Shown one piece after another: positions 13,314 to 27,200 of a stretch of DNA of 64,000 bases. This DNA comes from Chrysomallon squamiferum (lineage: Eukaryota > Animalia > Mollusca): positions 31,620,001 through 31,684,000 of the forward strand of contig CM022670.1 of assembly GCA_012295275.1 (NCBI GenBank). The letters are read 5' to 3'. The position numbers and the translations under genes were made by a program. The notes beneath the pieces are model-generated. The model was not told the DNA's origin. It did not search any database and saw nothing but the letters and a program-made list of their open reading frames with translations. Position 1 is the first letter of the stretch. Every line of letters begins with the position of its first letter.

Positions 13314-16300
13314 AAATATCAAATAAGAACAATAATATAAAATTATGTAATTTTTGTTTTCAGATTTAAAGCTAAAGTTGGAGCTGATTTAAAAGATGAT
13401 TTAAGAAGACTTACAATAATCCGTGAAGAGATTGGACCTGATAAGATTCTGGTAAAGAGATCTGGTTATGGGCAATATTTGATGTTTTGTTTCTTCTGTC
13501 TTCACACACGGGATAAAAGTGGTTTATTTTTTGCAACCTTATTTGTGTACTTCTGTCAACAATAAACGCTGAAAATAATTAAAACTAATAATAACATTGT
13601 TATAAATAGTATTATTTTTTTACCACAAAAATAAAATATCAAGTCAAAAACATGGTTTTGATAGACTGCAGAAGTATGTTTTGGAACATATAACCAGAAT
13701 AAGTGAACATGTTGTCAAGTAATTAACTATTATAGTTTATACTGTCTAAAAAAGTAATTGGTTTGTTTGTCCATAAAAATTTTCCCAAAATGTTTGATTT
13801 AATATTTAATCAATGTTTATAGTTGGTTTAATCAATTTTTTTAGTTAGTAGATGCGAATCAGCGCTGGGAGGTACAGGAAGCCATAGATTGGGTGAAACA
13901 GCTGGCCAAGTTCAACATCACCTGGATTGAAGAACCCACCTCACCTGATGATATACTTGGACATGCTGAAATTGCCAAGGTGTGTGATAAAATCACTGTT
14001 ACAGTGATAACATTAAGAAAACAGAAGCATCTGTTACTAATTTAAACAATCAAAACATATTGATAATATATAGAACATGCTGACATTGCCATGTTTGGCA
14101 ATAAAATCATTTTTATAGTGATAAAATTAGGAAAACAAAAGCATACAGTTACTAAATTTAATAAAATAATATATAAAAAAAATGATTGATTCTTTAATAA
14201 TAATAATAATAATAAATTATACTCTGTTTTATTTTTTTTTATTTACAGAAAATTGCAATCTATTAATTTCTCAAAAGTTTATTAATATTTACGTTCCATT
14301 TAAGACTACAATGAAAGTTTTATCACAAAATCAACCATCACATTTTTAAAATCCATTCTTTATAATAATAGCAGTTTAAAATATTTATCCAACCTTTCTT
14401 CTTATTATTATTAATCTTTTAATTGATGTCTTTTTATTCAAAGGATTTCACTGATATTATAATCATAAAGTCTGAATTTTCCATGCGACAAAAATCATAA
14501 TAAAATGAAATGTACCTGTCAAATCAATAAGCCAGTCTCTGAATTTCAGGCCCTGAACCCACTAGGAATTGGTGTTGCCACTGGGGAGGCCTGCCACAAT
14601 AGGATCATGTTCAAACAGTTTCTGAAGTGTAATGCTCTTCAGTATTGTCAGATAGACAGCTGCAGACTGGGTGGAGTCAATGAGAATCTTGCTGTTATTT
14701 TGATGGCCAAGAAATATAACGGTGACTTGTCACTAATATAACTTTCAGTAAACTCTCAGTAAATAAAATAGTCACTGATTAATATCCAAGTTAGCTGTTT
14801 GTTTTCCTGCTCAACTTTTCTGGTTTAAAAAGCCATGATGTCATATTTGTTGACAGAACATATTAATATAAAATATTTTATGTTAAATCCATAATATAAA
14901 GGAATAGATAATTAGTTTGATAAATATATTAAACGGTTCAGATAATTAATATGTTAAGATTTATAATCAAAATGAATTCTGTTCAGTCTATTTTTTACTG
15001 GTCAGCCATAACATTGTACTTTCTAACTTTATAGAACAAGACCTTGTTGCTTTATTTTGTAATTTATATCAGCAATTAAATAATAAACAGATTTCATTTG
15101 TTTGTATGAATTAGTGAATATTACTATATATAGTAAATGAGTAATTGTTATTATTTGGAATTATCTTCTTGTTGATAGTGTTTGGAAAAAAATTATTTGT
15201 AATTTCAGTTCCAGTTTGTCCACATGCAGGTGGTGTTGGGCTTTGTGAGTATGTTCAACACTTGGCTATATTTGATTTAATAGCAGTTTCAGGACCTCTT
15301 GAATCAAGGTGACTTTCAAATTAATAATGATAATGGTAATAATGAAGGTTATAATAATGATGACGATGATGATTACTCTAAGAATAAATTCATCAGATTC
15401 TTTATAAAAACTGTTTTGTTGAATAATTAAAAAGGGAAGCAGTTAATAAAATATTTGGAAAATGACAAAATAATATATCTTTTAAAATTATTATTTCCAT
15501 ATGAAACCATTTTACTTCTGTTTGTGTAATAAACAATATTTAGACATGACCATAATGAAGTTATTAATATTTGAATTTAATCTTTACTTCAGAATGGTTG
15601 AATTTGCTGAACACTTACAGAAACATTTCAAAAATCCATGTGAAATTAAGAATGGTCATTATGCAGTGCCTCAGGTATGTTATTACTGAAAGAATTTCAA
15701 ACAGATAATTTTTTTAAAATAGTATTTTCTGATGCTTAGGTGAGCTGGCTTAACTAAGAACATTTGTCTGAAAGATTACTGGTCATGGGATCAGTACTCC
15801 ACATTTCTCAGATAGGATTTTTTTCCTGTTTTAACCTGTGTTCCATAATTGTTTTTGTCTGTGTTCATTAATTGTTTTTAATCAAAGACAATGAAATATA
15901 CCTTCAAGTCAGGGAGAAAGTGTATGTAAAATATGACTTACTGCTAATTTAAATCAATAGTTCAGAGAACATGTTTCGTCTCTCCTGTCATCATTTTACC
16001 TAAGACAGTATATAAAGATACTTATAAACTACTGAAATATGTAGGATTCCATTAAATATTCTTTCCGTCATTTCTTTTAGGATTAGTTAATATTAATGTA
16101 TGATATAACATGTATAAATAGCAAATATAAACATTTTCAAGTGACTCATGCTTATTAAAACTTTATTTCAAACTTAAATAAAATGAAAGTCATCATATTG
16201 ATATTTTATGTAGTTTTAGATAACAAAGTATTTATCAGTTCAATCCAAAGAAGATATATTGCTGAAAATACTGTTGTTACATAATATTTTTCTGTAAGTT

Positions 16301-16456
16301 ATTATAGAAAGGTGAATGATGAAAAAATGTGTGTTTTAGGTGCCAGGATACAGTATTGATATGAAAGACTCCTCACTAGAAGACTATGAATATCCTACAG
16401 GCAAAGTCTGGCAGAAATTGTTTGCAGATGGCATCTACACTCCAGAACAAGAGTAG
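7474..16456 (+). CDS. ENOSF1: Enolase superfamily member 1 (L-fuconate dehydratase, rTS), 446 aa
   Basis: 16 GT-AG exons in phase: 7474-7557, 7915-8017, 8605-8720, 9897-9983, 10450-10476, 10879-10919, 11262-11293, 11719-11757, 12242-12324, 12935-12969, 13364-13451, 13845-13979, 14550-14721, 15209-15308, 15593-15674, 16340-16456 (1341 nt). Motifs: [34 protein letters not shown] (KxK), [30 protein letters not shown]. Confidence 0.97.
13960..14160 (+). repeat. Degenerate ~115-bp tandem duplication spanning the ENOSF1 exon 12 donor
   Basis: acatgctgaaattgccaag|gtgtgtgataaaatcactgttacagtgataacattaagaaaacagaagcat is repeated as acatgctgacattgccatgtttggcaataaaatcatttttatagtgataaaattaggaaaacaaaagcat. 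Confidence 0.8.
15736..16048 (+). mobile_element. Highly degenerate tRNA-derived SINE (Meta-domain-like) in ENOSF1 intron 15
   Basis: Ordered decayed matches to a common molluscan SINE body, as recalled: cctgtgttccataattg...caaag...ggagaaagtgtatgtaaaatatgacttactgctaat...tttcgtctctc...taaatattctttcc. Confidence 0.4.
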
Positions 16457-17122
16457 CTGATAATGGAAGACTGAAATTTTTTTAACATTCTGATGTGTTC
16501 CAATCATAAAATATTTTATGTTAAATGCATAATATAAAGGAATAGATAATTAGTTTGATAAATATATCAAAAGGTTCAGATAATTAATATGTTGATAAAT
16601 TAATAGGAAGGTAATTAGTAAGATTCTCAGTTGATATTAAGGTTTAGAAAACACTGGGTTGGTTAATTCAGATAAATTGTCAGATGATTGTAGATTGGAG
16701 TATTCATGTAACGGCTCAGATAACAACTTAAATGATAAATTCATTTAAATGATTATAATTGCTCTGTGCTAAATGCATACAAAGGAACTGATAATTAGCA
16801 GGTGGATCTCATATAAAAATAATGTTGTTATGGACTAAGAATGATGAACAAAACCAGTATGTAATCAGATGGTCTGGTATTACAATCAGGATTAATGTCT
16901 GTATTTTTACTGTGAAACTATAAGTAACAACATTTCTGGTTTAATTTTAGGCAAGAAAAGTATTGTGTCTTGTAGTGTATTCTGCATTTACACATATATA
17001 TTCCGATTTTTGCTGTTGTGTAAGCATTTATTTTGTTTCTACTTGTAAGCATGCTTTTAAAAAGAAAAAGTATTAATTATAGATTTTTTCATAATGAGTT
17101 ATGAATAATGATTATGCATTCA

Positions 17123-17128
17123 AATAAA
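17123..17128 (+). terminator. Candidate ENOSF1 polyadenylation signal
   Basis: AATAAA about 670 nt after the stop, followed by GT/T-rich sequence. The AT-rich context makes this weak. Confidence 0.35.
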
Positions 17129-17319
17129 TGATCTTTATTATGTAATACATGTGTGGATCTATTCAAATGGTGCTGTTTTCAGCTGTATTTTGTTCAACAA
17201 TTAAACTTTTTATCCCAATTAGCTTTAAATAAAACTTCTCAGATGTTTTTTTTAACCTAAACAGAAAAACAATTACCCTCTCTTTTCAGTGTTCCTCTTT
17301 TTCTGTTTTTAGTTATTTT

Positions 17320-17520
17320 AAAATTAATTAACAGTAAAATTAATTACATTTTGTTATTTTAAAATTTTAAAATAATTTCTTTTCCTGCTATTTAAAAATT
17401 AATCATTTAGTAAATTAATTACATTTTGTTATTTTGAAATTTATTAATAATTTGTTCTTTGTCTTTATTTTTTTCTATTATTTAATGATTAATCACTCAG
17501 TAAAATAATTACATTTTGTT
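17320..17520. repeat. Degenerate three-copy repeat between the ENOSF1 and WASHC5 3' ends
   Basis: The core agtaaa(a/t)taat(t)tacattttgtt recurs three times, near 17333, 17409 and 17499. Confidence 0.6.
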
Positions 17521-18276
17521 TAGATTTAATACATTTTTAAAAAGGTTTAAAAAGTAAATGTGTGGAAAAAGATAATTCAAACCTGTGTTATAATTATATT
17601 CATGATAAATAATTTATTATTCTGTATATAAAATTACAATAACATCTTATACCTATAACAAAAATAATTAACCCAGCTAATTGCATTATTCATTAATAAA
17701 ACATGTAATAAGACAACAAGAAATGGAAACACTTGTTAACAAATTCTTTTTAAAATAATTTCATTTCAGGGTTATATAAAAATAGAAATGTTCTGAAATT
17801 TTCTGAAATAAAATTTATCTATTATAACTTCAGAATGTTTGACTGGTCACTGATGCAGAGTTTTAAAATAAACAACACTGATACATGGTTTGTATTGCAC
17901 AACAAACTGCAGTAAAAACTGGCATATCCCAACAGTTTTCACAATACAGTCTTTGAAAGTCTAGCACTAACAAATCACTGCAGTTAAAAAATACATAATT
18001 TCAGTCTTTCAGAACATTCAAGACAAAAGAATGTCACACAAAACAAAATCTCCAGGTCATTTTCCATTAATATATTTCTGTCTCTGAATTGTCAGTTACA
18101 TTGAAAAAAACTAAAAAATCCCAAAAGGAATGTATATCATGGCAATATAATTGCAGTGGTGTAATAGAAAATTTGCAGCAATCTCCTGACTGATGTGAAC
18201 AAACCATAGCTATTAAATATTCATCACTAGCTATTAAATATTCATCACTATGGTGCTGTCTAGACATGTAGTACTA

Positions 18277-21200
18277 CTACTGGGCATACTGAGTTCGGAA
18301 CTCATCAAAGATATAGTTTGGTATGAATGATTCCACAATCTGAAAATAAAAAAAAAAAATTAATTAGAAATTATAATCTTTAGTATAATAGAATAAGTAT
18401 AATTTGTAATTCAAATAATGAAACAAAGAAAGCTTTTTTTTTCTTTTTTTTTAAATACAAAATGTTCATGTTATTTAATATGAATATACAAGAACATTTT
18501 TTAAATCTGATCAACTACATCTAGTTCTGTGTTCAGTTACCTGCATTTATAAATTTGTAAATATTTGTAAATATGTAGGAAAAAACACAAATTAAAGAAA
18601 TATATGTATAAGAATCTTTAATATAACTGTATCAGACATTGTTATCTTATAAAATTTAAAACAAGAGAGTTTCTATGAGATGTATTTGAATTAAAACTAA
18701 AACTAACCTTTCTTGACATCCCACTGTAGAAGATGAAGTCTTCAAGAAACACTAGCACATTAAGAACATCATGTGTCAACTCTGGATTCTTGATACTACA
18801 ACAGAACAAGATAATTAATTGTTAATAAAAATCTTCAGTATTTTCTAACAGGACAATAAAAAGAGAAACTCATGATTTCTTAAAGGCTAAAAGGTGTTTA
18901 ATGCTCTCCTACTGTGCAATAACTTAAACAAAACACTAAACATATCTGTTTCTCTGAGAGAGAATGTAGTGATAATTTTTATGTTATGTTATTACAACAC
19001 AAAGTAAAATATCATTATATTTAGAAACAATATGATTTTCCTATACCTTTTTGGGGAAAGAGAATAAAAAAAATATTTTATCAGAAATTCAAAGTTGAAT
19101 ATCCTTTAAAACAAAATATAATCCCTTCTAAATGTAATTCAAAAATATATACCTGCTTAGGGCTTCCACATTGGATCTGACGTACTGTCCTAAGAGAGCC
19201 AGAAAATAGTTGATGTTGTCTGCGTGAAACTGTTTGAGGACTGTGTAACATCCTACAATGAATGGTGGTGAGTCGAGGTGATCTGCAGACTTTTTGCTTG
19301 TCATACCACCTGTTAATAAGTTTCAAAAATTATTATGTTACACACCATGTCTTAATAAGCAGCTGATGATAACATTTTATCAGAAATACATTTTCCAGTT
19401 TTACAAGATAGTAATGAAACTATACTCACTATTTTAATCCAGTCAAAAACTGTATTCTTTTTTAATTTGTTGGTTTTTATTTTAAATTCAGCATTAATTA
19501 ACATTGTCTAGCTAATGCAGATTGTTAATATATCAGCATTAATCTTTATCCATTTTCAGAGGCTGAGGTTTCCCCAGTATGTAAACAAATAGTAAATAGA
19601 CAGGAAATTAGTGTCTTAGACTTCAAATGACTTATCCTGTGATAAATATTAATACTGATCAAAACATACAAGAACTTACTGATAACTTTGTTGTAGACAA
19701 GTTTTGGTAGCTGGGATATAACAAGAAGAAAGTTAAACAAAGAAAAATATGGCAGTCGTTGTGTGGTGATGTAAATCTGAAATGTAAAAATAGAAATAAA
19801 TATTTGAATACACTGCTAATTTGAATATATAGAATATGTTCATTCCAGTATGTTAAATCAGTTTTTATTGTCACTGAGTTTTTTCTGATATATTTTTAAA
19901 TTTATCTAGTTTTACAAAATACAAGAAAAAGTATTACATTTATTGATTTGAATATTTTATTTTTTAATTTTAATTTTGTTTGTTTGTTTTATTTTAATTT
20001 TTTTAAATTAATTTCTTTTTAGTTGTTGATTAAGTAACAATAATTTCCTAATTTCAAAATCCAAGCAGCATTTCCCCTCACTTATTTTCCTACACTTCTA
20101 CATATTTTACTATTATTAAAAATCAGTCATTTTTCTGAGAGAAAATATTTACCCTGCTGGCTCTTAAAATGTAAAAGAACAAATATAAACAAAAAATGCT
20201 AGGAATTCTGTATAAATAAATTACCTTCATAAGTGGATTGTGAAAGCCAGATGCCTCTAAGTAAGATGTCAGTTCATACATCAGTGGGTTTTCTTCCTTA
20301 GGGTATGGAAGACTGGGATCTTGATAATGTCTCTCAATATCAGCCAGTAGTGCACTGATAATAATTATAAAAAACTCACTTAAGTAAAATTATCATTAAA
20401 TTAAAACAAATATTTATCTTTTACCTTTAAATACTGAAAGAATTTTATTTAAATAAACATGTATTTCATACTAAGATACAGGTTTTTCAACAAAGTAAAT
20501 ATTAAAATTTAATATTAACACATTTTTTTTTTTTTTTAAATAATGATGACAGAAATATACATTATTTTATTAACAAGAATTATGCTGAAGTATTAAGCCT
20601 TATCTCACTTGTTCATGGTCTGGAGGGTGCTGGCAAGAAACTTGGAATCAAATTTGCAGGATGTGTTCAACTCATAACAAATCTGTCTCCGTAACAGCTG
20701 CATTTGCCCAACCTGTTTGATACAATTAATCTTAAATAATTCATATAGACTATTACTCTTTTTCTTTAATTAATCTTAAAGAATTCATATACACTACTAC
20801 TTTTTTCTACAGTTAGCCTTAAAGAATTCATATACACTATTACTTTTTTCTACAGTTAATCTTAAAGAATTCATATACACTATTACTTTTTTCTACAATT
20901 TCTAAAAATTTCAAGGAAAAATAGGTTTCCACAAATAAATTATTGTTTTAAGAAAATAATTGAAAATGCAGAAATTACTTTTATCTAAAATATATTATTT
21001 CTATATATATTGGAAAATATATATAATAGATAGTAATTTATCTTCTTTCATTCTTATGTGTTTTACAATAAAAATATAAATGAAATACTAACTTTCAAAA
21101 TGCTGTCCACAAACACTTGAAAAACTTTGAATGTCTTTGAAATTGCCTGAGAGTACAGCTTTTGTGGCTGACCTATGAAAAAAAAAAAAAAAAAAAAAGA

Positions 21201-24200
21201 AAAAAAAGAAACAACAAAGAAAATTATTATTCATGTTATCTATTGAAAAAAACAACAACATAAATTGACACTGCTGGTAACTGGTAAAAGAAACTGAAAG
21301 TGTTGTATTTGTGATGACCTCTCTTAATTTTATCGTTTCAATAAATAATGATATTTAAATATCAGTTTAAAACAAATATGTTACTTAACAGAAAAGATGT
21401 TTTGGCTGTGCACATTACAAACGAATATGGTAAGAAGGTTGCCTTTATGTCCATGTATTGGCTAACAAATGCAGTGAGATAGCTTTAGATATTTATTCAG
21501 TGTGTCCACAAATATTCTAAAAAATATACCAAGATTTATTCTTTATGTCCAGGTACTTAGTATATGGAGGCTGTCTTAAATACTAATTTGTTAAATACAT
21601 CTGTTTACTGTAAGATAGCCTAAAATACATTAATTTAGTAATAAATACAGAGGTGGTTTACCTTAAGTACTTATTCTTTACTTATTCTACTTATTAACAG
21701 ATGCATTCATTTATAGTTAAACATTTATTCACTGTATCTTGCTACTTACTAACAGTGCCTTCAAGGGGGTTCAAAGACTTCGTGAGAGAAGCAAAGAATT
21801 CCAACCAATTTTTGTCTCTAAATAGGCTCCTCTGTAACATATGCTGGAATGTCTGCATTTCTTTAACAATCATGAAACAAAGCAGTCGATCAAGTCCTGA
21901 AAGACCAAAACTTCCCACAGCTTTCTAAAAAACAAATTTAGAGATGCAAGGACAACATGCTGATTAATTAACTGTTTGTTTGATTTCATCACTGTGCCAA
22001 AGTTGATATTATTTCTCTCATTATTTCAAAAGAATACTTAAATATTTAATTAACTTAAAAATGTTACAATGTCTCTTCATTATGATACTTAAACTGCTCA
22101 TATAGACATAACTTTATCACAATTATTATTACTATTATTAATAAACTTTTTGGTTTTATTAGTATTTTAGGAGTTTGGGTATGGAAAGTACTAAAAAATG
22201 TGTTTATTTTCATTTGTTTGTTGAGGCTGAACACAAACTTACATGAAGTTTTTGAAAAAGTGTTCTGTTGCAGATCTCAACTTTGGTTCTATTGTCATAC
22301 CAGGCTTTCATTTGATCAATGTAAGCAGTGGTTCTGAAAAATTATTTCACTAATTAATCTGTACATAATGTTTAAACTTTCATCTTTAGCACTTTTTATA
22401 CATATTTTTCTTTTTTTTTCTTTAATTTTGTTCAGACCTGATATGTAACTTTTAAAAAAGTTTTAATGTTTATACCACAACCATATGTAAAAAAATAATG
22501 AATGTATGTTAGGAGAAAATATGTAAAATCTTCACATTACATATTCAAAATGCTGTACCTAACCATAATGAGAGAATATTCACAAGAACAATGCATAAAA
22601 AAAACAAAACAAAGATAAATTAAAAAATAAAAATATTTACTTGGGATCTGTTATTCTCAATATCTCGCGAGCCAGTCTGCCAATAAAATTAACACTTTCA
22701 TCCACTGGTTGAAATCTTGGGATAGGAATTGCAGTTGACTGATAGATGCTCTCCCAGTCTTGAACCTTAAAAGAATATAAAAGAAACAACAATTAAATAT
22801 TACATATAATGACTGACTAAAGCACTGAAAAATTTTCACTGTAAACTATGTTTTTTTAATCCTTTTAAACTTTTCTGTTTTTGAAAAGACATAAAAAAAT
22901 GCAAAAACAAAAATAAATAACAGTCTAAGTGTAACTTTAAATGCATGTTATATTATCAATATGAAACTTTATTAGAAGAAAAATAATCAGAATTTTAGAA
23001 ATCTGTTTACATTGTTTATAACACAGAAATGCAAACTATCTATATAAAATGTAAATGAAATATAAATTAATTTTGTGATTAGACTTACATCATATTCTCA
23101 GGCTCACATTCCCAAATCTCAAAAACTTCTTATTTCATTTTTTTTATAATAGTTTTTTTCAAAAAAAAGAAGAAAAGTGAATAGTTTTATTTTGGTGATA
23201 CATTTACCTTTGTTCTCAGAAAACTGTTACATTCCTGCTCCACATTGTAGTTGATGATGCGTGACACTTCTTCCTGCCAAATCTTCAGTCCATATATGTT
23301 TACATAGTCCTGTATGTACTCAAATGACCTGCGAAATCCATCCATCTGTTCACCCAGCAAGTCCAGCTTTGGTAGCAATTCACTTACCTGTCAAGAAAAT
23401 TTATATTGTTTTGTTTTTAAATTTAACATTAATCATTAAACAAAATAAAACATTAAATAATTTTCAGTTTGTTAGTACTAGATCTGAATGTTAACAATGA
23501 ACTGTTTTTCACCTAGACACAAAATGGCTAAACATTGTTTAAATTCTTGCCTTAAAAATATGACCACTGAGATTTCTGTTATAAATCCATAAAGCTCAAA
23601 TATGGAATAATTAATATCTCGATAAATATGTTTTTGAAAATCAGTTCATAATTGATTTATAATTTTAGATAAACTTCAATTTATTTCTGAAATGTCATTG
23701 ATAATGTTTCTGTAAATCAAGTAAAACAAATACAAAATATATTATCTTTAATGTATGTGTCTATAGGCTTTTATTAATCATATATATTCCAATAAATACT
23801 GTGAGGCAGCCTGATCTAATTTAATTTCAAGCATTAAAAACAGTTATAAATAATTATTAGATTTCTTCACCTTTGCTTTTGGGTTGAATATTAAACCCTG
23901 ATGAAGAGCAAGGGCCACTTGCCAAACAAGTTCTTTACGAATACCATCTTCTAGTAGCTGTTTGGGATCTATCTGATTACAAAACAAATATATTCCTTTA
24001 TGAAACCTTTTATATATACATTTGAATATATATTAAAATATTTTTTCTAGAAATAATTTAAACTAAATTTAAATGTTTGTCCACATAATTATGGTTTAAT
24101 ATATATATAATTATTAAAAATGTATTTATTATTAATGTATTTATTTTTTATATATTTACCAAAGCATTTCATCTGATAAAAAAAAAATAAAAAAAAAAAA

Positions 24201-27200
24201 AAAAAATAAATTGAATTGTAATTCTGTACAAAGATATCTACCTTAATTATTCCCACTAGTGTTGTTTTCATCATAAGAATACCCTCTGTGAACACAGAAA
24301 TGGAATGTGTCAATTTAGCAACCTGAAAACAAAGATATATGTCTATTAAAATTTATATATACCCTTCCTAATAACAGCATGCTTTATCACACATGCACAC
24401 ACATAGACATCCAAAAATAAAAATATTTAAACTCAAATATTGACTGCTTTTATCAATTAGTATGTTTTACACAAACTTTTTCACAGAAAATAATTTTAAA
24501 CATGTCTGACATGCTACATGATGAGTACTGGCTTGTCTTGCAGGTAAATAACCGAATAAGAATGGTTCTTCAAACATCACTGACTCAGGTGATGTTCTTT
24601 CAGTGAGTTACAATATCACAACTAAAGTTTATTAAACAACCTCGTATCGCTCATCCAGCTGAGCATACTCCTTCATTTTCTCCTTCTCCAGGCGAGTAGG
24701 AACCTCTTTTATTTGATTGGTCAGAAGCTGGATAATCTTTGCTAAAAGACTAAACATTGTTTGTGGAATGATCTACAATTGAAGCAGAAAGTTATATTAA
24801 TAACACTGATTTCTGAAGAATTCTCTTTTTATAACAGAGTTTAAACATCAGACTAATCCCAAATCATTGTTTGAAGCAATTGCCTTTTTAAAAAAAATTA
24901 AAACATTTCATTCCAAATATAATGATAGTGGCTGATTTATGATAATTAATAAGAATAAAAATAGCAATATTTTATTACATCCACATTTCAGATTGTTTTA
25001 TTGGACATGGTATTAAAATTTACTAAAAACAATACAATTGTTTTCCTATACCTATAAACATTCTGATTTATTTTTTTAATAGAAGGAAAACACTGATTTA
25101 ATTTCAATGAAATTGCAGCAGCGAAACATTTGTATCTTTTAGTATTTTATATTTATGGTTCTTACTCAAGCAAGATCGTATCTGAAACAGAAAAATACAA
25201 TCAAACTTGAAAAATACTTTATTTATACCTGCATCATAAAAAATGTCTATTTGGAATGGTAGTATTATATCTTAAACATGAAAGAGAATTTCACAATACC
25301 TGTAGCACTTTTCTCACATAGGCAACTAACTCCCCAGAATAATACTGAGACACACTCATCAGATCAAGGCTGTTGGCTTGGTTAATTCTCATCAGAGGAA
25401 GGTCAAGTGCTGAAGCCATCTGGAGAGCATTATATTACATATCAACAGAAATGATTTATTTTGTTTAACATTTTACAGTGGTGGTGCAAAAAAAGAGTCT
25501 ATATTTTGCATATTTCAGCTGTCTTAACAGTTTCTGGTAATCATGTTTAGTTTCTTATATATGTGTGTGTGTCTGTGTGTGTGTGTATTTATATCTGTAT
25601 CTATATTTATATAAATATTCAGCCCATTTTCTTGAATCAATAAAATCTGGAGACCAATATGTCTTTCATCTTTTTTTGTAACTAATGACATCATCTAAAA
25701 AATTCTGTTTAGGCAATCTTTAAGCCAAATACTTATACTTTCAAAAATGTTATTTTCTTATGCTCTTTTTTTTCTTTAATTTGTTTTATTATAATGTTTT
25801 CCTGATTTTATTTGTGTTTTCCTTACTTCTCTTCAATTTCTTGTTTTTTTGTTTTTCTTACTTTTCTTTAATTTGTTTTATTATAATGATTTTCTGCATT
25901 TTTTTTCACTTTCCTTACTTTTACAAATAACCTGAATCTGTAATAGAATGGCTGAAGATTAAATAAATTAAGACTCATACCTTGAGAAAAGTAGCTCTGA
26001 GTTTAATAACTAGTGATGGGTCTCTTTTGATTCCTTCTTGCATGTAACCAGTGTAACTAAAAAACAATAAAATAAACTAATAAATAGAACATTTATTGAA
26101 TGGTAACAATTACTAAAAATATAATTTTATTTTATTGTTATTTTGTTTTTAACTGTAATGTAATAATATATTTTAATTTTCTTTAATAATAAAATTTTAA
26201 ATAACATTTTAAGATTTTTTTTAAAATGTTGATCTGTAACAGAAACAAACTGCTATTGGTAGTTCTCCGTAGGTAAATGTGCTTATAACTGAAAAGTAAT
26301 TTTACATAAAGCATTTGAAAATTATAAAAAATAAATGTTGCATAATTTCTTTCTGAATTTTAAAATATTTTTAAAAATGTATTTAGGTTTTTTATGACAA
26401 TAATATTATTTATTAACCAGGCTATTTCCCCAAAACAAGAACAATACCCAGTTTTTTACTAACAGATTTAACTGTTTTTGATTTCATTAAACTATGGCAC
26501 ACTTCATTTTACTTTCACAAATAATTATATAGTCAACTAATAATATTTACACACAAAACATTAATAGCTAGTTTGACTATTACTGCAAGAAAGTCTAAAG
26601 AAAACTATAAGCTTTCAACAGAAACATTGAATTAATGATTAAAAAAACCCAACAACAACAACAAACAAAAAACCCCACTTAAATTAGGTGTATGTTACAG
26701 TATTTACTATGATTTTTTTTTTTTTTTATTACCAATATTACATTTTACTATCTAAACTGACAATATTTATTTATTTGAACTTTATGAAACAAAAATACAA
26801 TTTTAAAATCTATATGTAAACAAAATAAAATGAAAACACACAAACAAAAGAATTACGATAACCTATAAAATATCAATTAATTTCATGAATCCAGTTATCA
26901 AAAGATTTTGGTTTAAACAACTGATGGACTATTCATATCTGAATACTTGGTACAGCATAAAAAACTGAACATAAAATTCAGAAATTATTTCTCCTTTTAT
27001 TTAACAAAAACAGATGATTTGATGGTTTAGATTATTTCTATATATCTTTTTTATATTTTAGCTATATAGCACAAAACCAAACCCATCTTTTAATAAGTAT
27101 GACTATTTAAGCAGCAAAACAAAACAGATCAATCAAGCATGCAGTTAAGAGAATACAAAATCTGAAGTTAAAAGCAACATAGTTATTTACAACACCAGTT

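Noticed and set aside
18067-18267. ORF downstream of the WASHC5 stop (read-through extension)
   Set aside because: A double TAG TAG stop precedes it, and the repeated SDEYLIA comes from a 21-bp tandem duplication in the 3' UTR.
20726-20898. CRISPR-like repeat array
   Set aside because: The units are contiguous with no unique spacers, and the context is a eukaryotic intron. It is a minisatellite.
24510-24620. Possible intronic C/D snoRNA or hairpin (aacatcac-tgactcag-gtgatgtt)
   Set aside because: The ATGATGA and CTGA boxes lie antisense to the host gene, there is no clear terminal stem, and an 8-bp hairpin is expected by chance.
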